From the NCBI RefSeq assembly GCF_006345805.1, contig NC_043009.1, positions 56,978,001 through 57,042,000 on the forward strand: a DNA stretch of 64,000 nt, read 5' to 3'. Below the pieces are notes generated by a model. The model saw only the letters and a list, made by a program, of their open reading frames with translations, ran no database searches and was not told the origin of the DNA. Each line of letters opens with the position of its first letter. Position 1 is the first letter of the stretch. This DNA comes from Octopus sinensis (taxonomy: Eukaryota). Shown here one piece after another: positions 62,476 to 64,000 of this stretch. The translations under genes were made by a program, and so were the position numbers.

Positions 62476-63838
62476 GTTTTGGAGATGAACTTGCCAGGCA
62501 AGCAATTTTGAGCACAGACCACATGTTAAAAATAGACTGCAGTATGGAAGACATGTTAGTCATTCGAAAACACACAAGACTGAAACTGCTAACTTCACTT
62601 AAGCATTTATTATTTATTATATGGTGTCAAAAGTTAAAATTTTTATTGCATGAATTGCGACCCTGATCCCTGACAAGGATACAATGCATCTCTTAAGGAT
62701 AATGGTTTCAAATTTCACCACAAGACAGCAATTTTAGAGAGAGGAGAGTTAGTCAATATCATCAATGCCAGTACTTGACTGGTACTCTAGTTAACCCTGG
62801 AGGGATGAAAGGCAAAGTTGGCATCATCAGGATTTGAACTCAGAACAAAAAAAAAGAATCAGATCAAAAGCCACAAAGCGTTTTTTCTGTTCCACGTAAA
62901 AAGGCACTGTTGCTGGTGCCACATAAAAAGCACCCAGTACACACTGTAAAGTGGTTGCTGTTAGGAAGGGCATACAGCTGTAGAAACCATGCCAGAACAG
63001 ACAATGGAGCCTGGTGCAGCCCCCAGCTTTACGAGCTCCTGTCAAACATCTAACCCATGCCAGCATGGAAAAATGGACATAAATGATGATGATGACTAAT
63101 GGCTCTGCCAATCCTCTGCCCTCTATTGTTTCTGATTTAGAGACAAGGCCTGCAATTTCAAAGGGTAAGGGTTACTTGACAACATCAACCAGAGAGAACT
63201 AGGTGAGCTGGCAGAAATGTCAGCACGCCAGGCAAAATGCTTAGCAGTATTTCGTCTATCTTTATATTCTGAGTTCAAATTCCGCCGAGGTCAACTTTGC
63301 TTTTCATCCTTTTGGGGTCGATAAATTAAGTACCAGTTATGCACTGGGGTCGATGTAATCAACTTAATCCCTTTGTCTGTCCTTGTTTGTCCCCTCTATG
63401 TTTAGCCCCTTGTGGGCAATAAAAAAATAAGAACTAGGCTGGCACTTCATTGACATGAAAAGGAAAAAAGACAAAAGCTGGCTTCAGCAGGATTTGGACG
63501 AAGAATATAAAGAACCAGAACAAACATTGCAAGACATTTTGCCTGGCGCCTTAATTGAATCTGCCTATTTACCACAATTCATGTAATAATGATAATAATA
63601 TGCTTCATTAGCAAAACACGAGCAGAATAAAACATACATACCCTTTTCATCGCTCCCAATTGAAGTATCTTTTGTGTCAACTATCTCTGGCTTCAACTCA
63701 CAGGTGGTAGTTTGTTCAGAGGAGCCCAAACCATTCGAAAAGGTTTCATCTGGCAAAAATGCAGGATTGTCTTCCTCCAAGAAACTGAAGTTCTTTAAAT
63801 ATACAGTTGTCTCTTCGGTACTCGTCCCGTCTGAGACG
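15870..63838 (-). CDS. SLC4A11: SLC4A11-type (BTR1/NaBC1-like) transporter of the SLC4 family; 18 coding exons, N-terminus/start codon outside window
   Basis: 18 AG/GT-bounded exons on - splice with consistent phases into 2386 nt ending at TAA 15872-15870. Motifs recalled from human SLC4A11 occur in order: [142 protein letters not shown]. Confidence 0.96.
15975..16145. repeat. dispersed repeat, second copy at about 44385-44530
   Basis: Shared TTTATAAGCCATTTAA.AA.CACACAAAAACTGTTA.ATTCACTTCAACATTTAAATTTAA block; family unknown. Confidence 0.6.
16916..17085 (-). CDS. SLC4A11: SLC4A11 exon ([16 protein letters not shown]...LIPV)
   Basis: tttcag|TCT...AG|gtaagt; 170 nt. Confidence 0.96.
17747..18211. 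repeat. minisatellite, unit about 37 nt (GAAAATTTTCGAAAAATTTTTGGGTAAAATTTTCGGT), about 12 copies
   Basis: Direct tandem repetition of A4T4 blocks. Confidence 0.9.
18279..18471 (-). CDS. SLC4A11: SLC4A11 exon ([10 protein letters not shown]...[19 protein letters not shown]...TEQ)
   Basis: cctcag|G...CAG|gtaaga; 193 nt. Confidence 0.96.
20608..20687. repeat. (TA)n microsatellite, about 40 units; others at about 10514-10587, 19767-19801, 21847-21929 (TA then GA), 49213-49310
   Basis: Direct reading. Confidence 0.97.
22190..22745. repeat. degenerate A-rich low-complexity tract built of AGACCAAAGATC-like words
   Basis: Many GACCAAA/GATCAAA motifs; strongly A-rich on +. Confidence 0.65.
22768..22941 (-). 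CDS. SLC4A11: SLC4A11 exon ([11 protein letters not shown]...[23 protein letters not shown])
   Basis: catcag|A...AC|gtaagt; 174 nt. Confidence 0.96.
23110..23625. repeat. minisatellite, 32-nt unit (ACAGTGTATGACAGACCAATAGTGTCGATATC), about 16 copies
   Basis: Head-to-tail tandem units without spacers. Confidence 0.92.
25945..26116 (-). CDS. SLC4A11: SLC4A11 exon ([18 protein letters not shown]...[17 protein letters not shown])
   Basis: ttttag|TT...AA|gtaagc; 172 nt. Confidence 0.95.
27880..28273 (-). mobile_element. non-autonomous Helitron-like element
   Basis: On -: A|TC 5' end (TCTTTATATATAAAAG), degenerate subterminal hairpin CCCGAGCAATGCCAGG, CTAG|T 3' end, no TSD. Confidence 0.75.
28826..29047 (+). 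mobile_element. internally deleted mariner / MITE
   Basis: Inverted ends CTGAAAAGTTCCTGG...CCAGGCACTTTTCAG. It retains the transposase C-terminus [12 protein letters not shown]. Confidence 0.6.
29182..29288 (-). CDS. SLC4A11: SLC4A11 exon ([35 protein letters not shown])
   Basis: tttcag|C...C|gtaagt; 107 nt. Confidence 0.95.
30323..31534 (-). mobile_element. mariner element relic with both TIRs
   Basis: Imperfect TIRs of about 28 bp (GGTCATC..ATAAATAATGTGG) flanked by TA at 30321-22 and 31535-36; length 1212 bp. ORF 30389-30619 gives [14 protein letters not shown]...[13 protein letters not shown] (mariner YSPDLAP motif); the transposase is decayed. Confidence 0.88.
31537..31785 (-). mobile_element. 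Tc1-like element, 3' end fragment
   Basis: TA-CAGGGGTTGGACAAAATAATGGAAA TIR. On -, it translates [22 protein letters not shown] (WPPQSPDLNPIE motif). Truncated by a LINE-tail repeat. Confidence 0.8.
32273..32429 (-). CDS. SLC4A11: SLC4A11 exon, extracellular loop plus TM ([15 protein letters not shown]...[12 protein letters not shown])
   Basis: atgtag|AT...AC|gtaagt; 157 nt; N-L-T sequon. Confidence 0.93.
32497..33390 (+). mobile_element. mariner element, 5' two-thirds (decayed)
   Basis: TA-CAAGGAGGTACCCAAAAGT TIR. Frameshifted transposase pieces: [23 protein letters not shown]-like, [28 protein letters not shown]. It stops at the (GAA)n tract. Confidence 0.82.
33400..33944. repeat. polypurine (GAA/GAG)n tract, about 545 nt
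   Basis: Nearly all purines on +, with a long, mostly GAA run near 33710-33850. Confidence 0.95.
33959..34032 (-). CDS. SLC4A11: SLC4A11 exon ([24 protein letters not shown])
   Basis: tttcag|G...A|gtgagt; 74 nt, phase 2-1. Confidence 0.94.
36194..36326 (-). CDS. SLC4A11: SLC4A11 exon ([23 protein letters not shown]...MQWST)
   Basis: ttctag|TT...AG|gtgagt; 133 nt. Confidence 0.95.
36764..37133 (+). mobile_element. CR1-group LINE 3' end with (TAAC)n tail
   Basis: Translates [12 protein letters not shown]...LRGHSEKL...(frameshift)[13 protein letters not shown]...FK, the CR1/L2-like RT C-terminus. It ends in (TAAC)n near 37107-37133. Confidence 0.8.
37858..37971 (-). CDS. SLC4A11: SLC4A11 exon ([37 protein letters not shown])
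   Basis: ctccag|AT...A|gtaagg; 114 nt. Confidence 0.95.
39852..40266 (+). mobile_element. probable solo LTR
   Basis: TGTAGT...ACTACA termini, TATATAA at 39989, AATAAA at 40197; no TSD, PBS or PPT found. Confidence 0.45.
41862..41984 (-). CDS. SLC4A11: SLC4A11 exon, TM1 ([40 protein letters not shown])
   Basis: cacag|GT...A|gtaagt; 123 nt. Confidence 0.95.
45050..45430. repeat. compound (CA)n/(ATAC)n microsatellite-like tract
   Basis: Source of the HT/CV-rich pseudo-ORFs. Confidence 0.9.
46070..46157 (-). CDS. SLC4A11: SLC4A11 exon ([29 protein letters not shown])
   Basis: ttacag|AAA...G|gtgaat; 88 nt, phase 0-1. Confidence 0.94.
46252..46670 (+). mobile_element. tRNA-derived SINE family 1 (representative; about 20 full or partial copies, e.g. 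4065-4445, 20812-21165, 24832-25220, 26360-26760(-), 29845-30258(-), 45541-45916(-), 55958-56370(-), 59049-59410(-), 59884-60305)
   Basis: A-box-like TGGCTGTGTGGT, B-box-like GGTTCAGTCCC, CTTGGGCAAG, internal (TA)n(TG)n microsatellite, and a 3' end GTCAAATGACTGAAACAAGT with (AAAGAGT)n. Confidence 0.8.
47043..47342. mobile_element. hAT (Charlie-like) MITE
   Basis: TIRs CAGTGGCTCCCAAA / TTTGGGAACCACTG. The left flank CTCTAGAC fits the NTCTAGAN target, but the right TSD is not conserved. Confidence 0.6.
47500..47835 (-). mobile_element. tRNA-derived SINE family 3 (other copies about 35350-35660(-), 42185-42430, 50700-50920(-), 17260-17415(-), 53685-53790)
   Basis: On -: GGCGCATGGCTCAGTGGTTAGAGCG (A box), GAGCTCGAATCCC (B box), then TGTGTTCTTGAGCAAGGCACTT and a CACTCAGCTGTAGAAATGAGT core. 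Confidence 0.75.
48700..48882 (-). CDS. SLC4A11: SLC4A11 exon ([17 protein letters not shown]...QETEQ)
   Basis: tttcag|AAA...CAG|gttagt; 183 nt. Confidence 0.93.
49955..50177. mobile_element. dispersed DNA-transposon-like repeat ending in GGGTTAA (piggyBac-like MITE?); related copies about 61545-61711 and, inverted, 9050-9256
   Basis: About 200 nt of similarity between three loci and an AAAGGGTTAA terminus. Confidence 0.4.
51098..51936 (-). mobile_element. non-autonomous Helitron-like element
   Basis: On -: A|TC 5' end (TCTCTCTCTATATAAAC), hairpin CCCGG-GCAACG-CCGGG about 9 nt before the CTAG|T 3' end. Confidence 0.8.
52568..52691 (-). CDS. SLC4A11: SLC4A11 exon ([23 protein letters not shown]...TPTKE)
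   Basis: tttcag|G...GAG|gtaagc; 124 nt, phase 2-0. Confidence 0.92.
53025..53515 (+). mobile_element. RTE LINE 3' UTR fragment with (GAT)n tail; related copies at about 3270-3460(-), 3465-3560, 3740-3900, 4735-5070(-), 5695-5850(-), 11150-11345, 25245-25790, 43510-43910(-), 46790-46990(-), 57570-57960, 62890-63095
   Basis: Shares tgcttgtgaagacct-ttg and the GGCGTTAGGAAGGGCATCCAGCTGTAGAAAC...CCAACCCATGCTAGCATGGAAAG block with the UTR of the LINE at 1474-3117. Boundaries are approximate. Confidence 0.75.
55451..55535 (-). CDS. SLC4A11: SLC4A11 exon ([27 protein letters not shown])
   Basis: tttcag|TG...AT|gtaagt; 85 nt, phase 1-2. Confidence 0.92.
57272..57464 (-). CDS. SLC4A11: SLC4A11 exon ([20 protein letters not shown]...SLLFTHDG)
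   Basis: ttctag|AAA...G|gtaagt; 193 nt. Confidence 0.92.
58029..59048. repeat. minisatellite, 29-nt unit (CATCACTCATCCTTATCTATCATCCTCAC), about 35 copies
   Basis: The 29-aa periodicity in all three + frames equals 3 x 29 nt. Confidence 0.96.
60886..60923 (-). CDS. SLC4A11: SLC4A11 small exon ((D)[12 protein letters not shown])
   Basis: attatag|AT...GAG|gtaaat; 38 nt. It supplies exactly the phase 1 to 0 bridge needed between the 63642 and 57464 exon ends and gives ...SRHE|KVPMKDF. Confidence 0.7.
63200..63432 (+). mobile_element. tRNA-derived SINE family 2 (representative; many copies on - at 16195-16410, 36495-36720, 38150-38600, 39090-39280, 39685-39850, 40380-40575, 60958-61200, 61990-62440)
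   Basis: Head GGTGAGCTGGCAGAA...GAGTTCAAATTCC. The central TTTCATCCTTTTGGGGTCGATAAATTAAGTACCAG resembles, from memory, the MetaSINE-type core (inference). Most copies end in (ATT)n. Confidence 0.72.
63642..63838 (-). CDS. SLC4A11: SLC4A11 N-terminal acidic exon ([28 protein letters not shown]...SIGSDEK)
   Basis: tttctttgtag acceptor, G|gtatgt donor, 197 nt open frame. Phase 1 matches the next exon. The peptide is not conserved, so assignment rests on splice signals and phase. Confidence 0.7.
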
Positions 63839-64000
63839 CTACAAAGAAAGAAACAAACAAAACAAACAACACATATCAGAATGCAGACATTCAGACATTT
63901 TGGTCAGCACCACCAAAACCAGCATCATTAAAACCATCATCATCAAAATCATCATTTAGTTTGTCTTCTATTTTGGGATCAATTGTACAGGTCGGAAATA

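Overview
Eukaryotic, AT-rich and very repeat-dense genomic DNA. It is most likely a coleoid cephalopod (octopus-like), inferred from the repeat landscape and not verified by any database search. Two convergent intron-containing genes can be rebuilt by hand with GT-AG boundaries and consistent phases. (1) On +, the last 7 coding exons of ATPAF1/ATP11, the mitochondrial F1-ATPase assembly factor (5922-12253, 183 aa). (2) On -, 18 coding exons of an SLC4A11-type transporter (63838 down to the stop at 15870, about 794 aa; the start codon is not in the window). The rest is intron or intergenic DNA containing RTE and CR1 LINE remnants, three tRNA-derived SINE families, Tc1/mariner relics, two non-autonomous Helitrons, MITEs, a probable solo LTR, and mini- and microsatellites. 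Almost all ORFs in the supplied track are repeat artefacts. I found no prokaryote-style novel system, CRISPR array or true tRNA/rRNA gene. The best leads are RNA-structural: inverted SINEs bracketing one exon, a pre-miRNA-sized intronic hairpin, long palindromes, degenerate hammerhead-like motifs, a 38-nt exon whose acceptor abuts a SINE (ATT)n tail, and evidence that one abundant short repeat is the 3' UTR of the RTE LINE.
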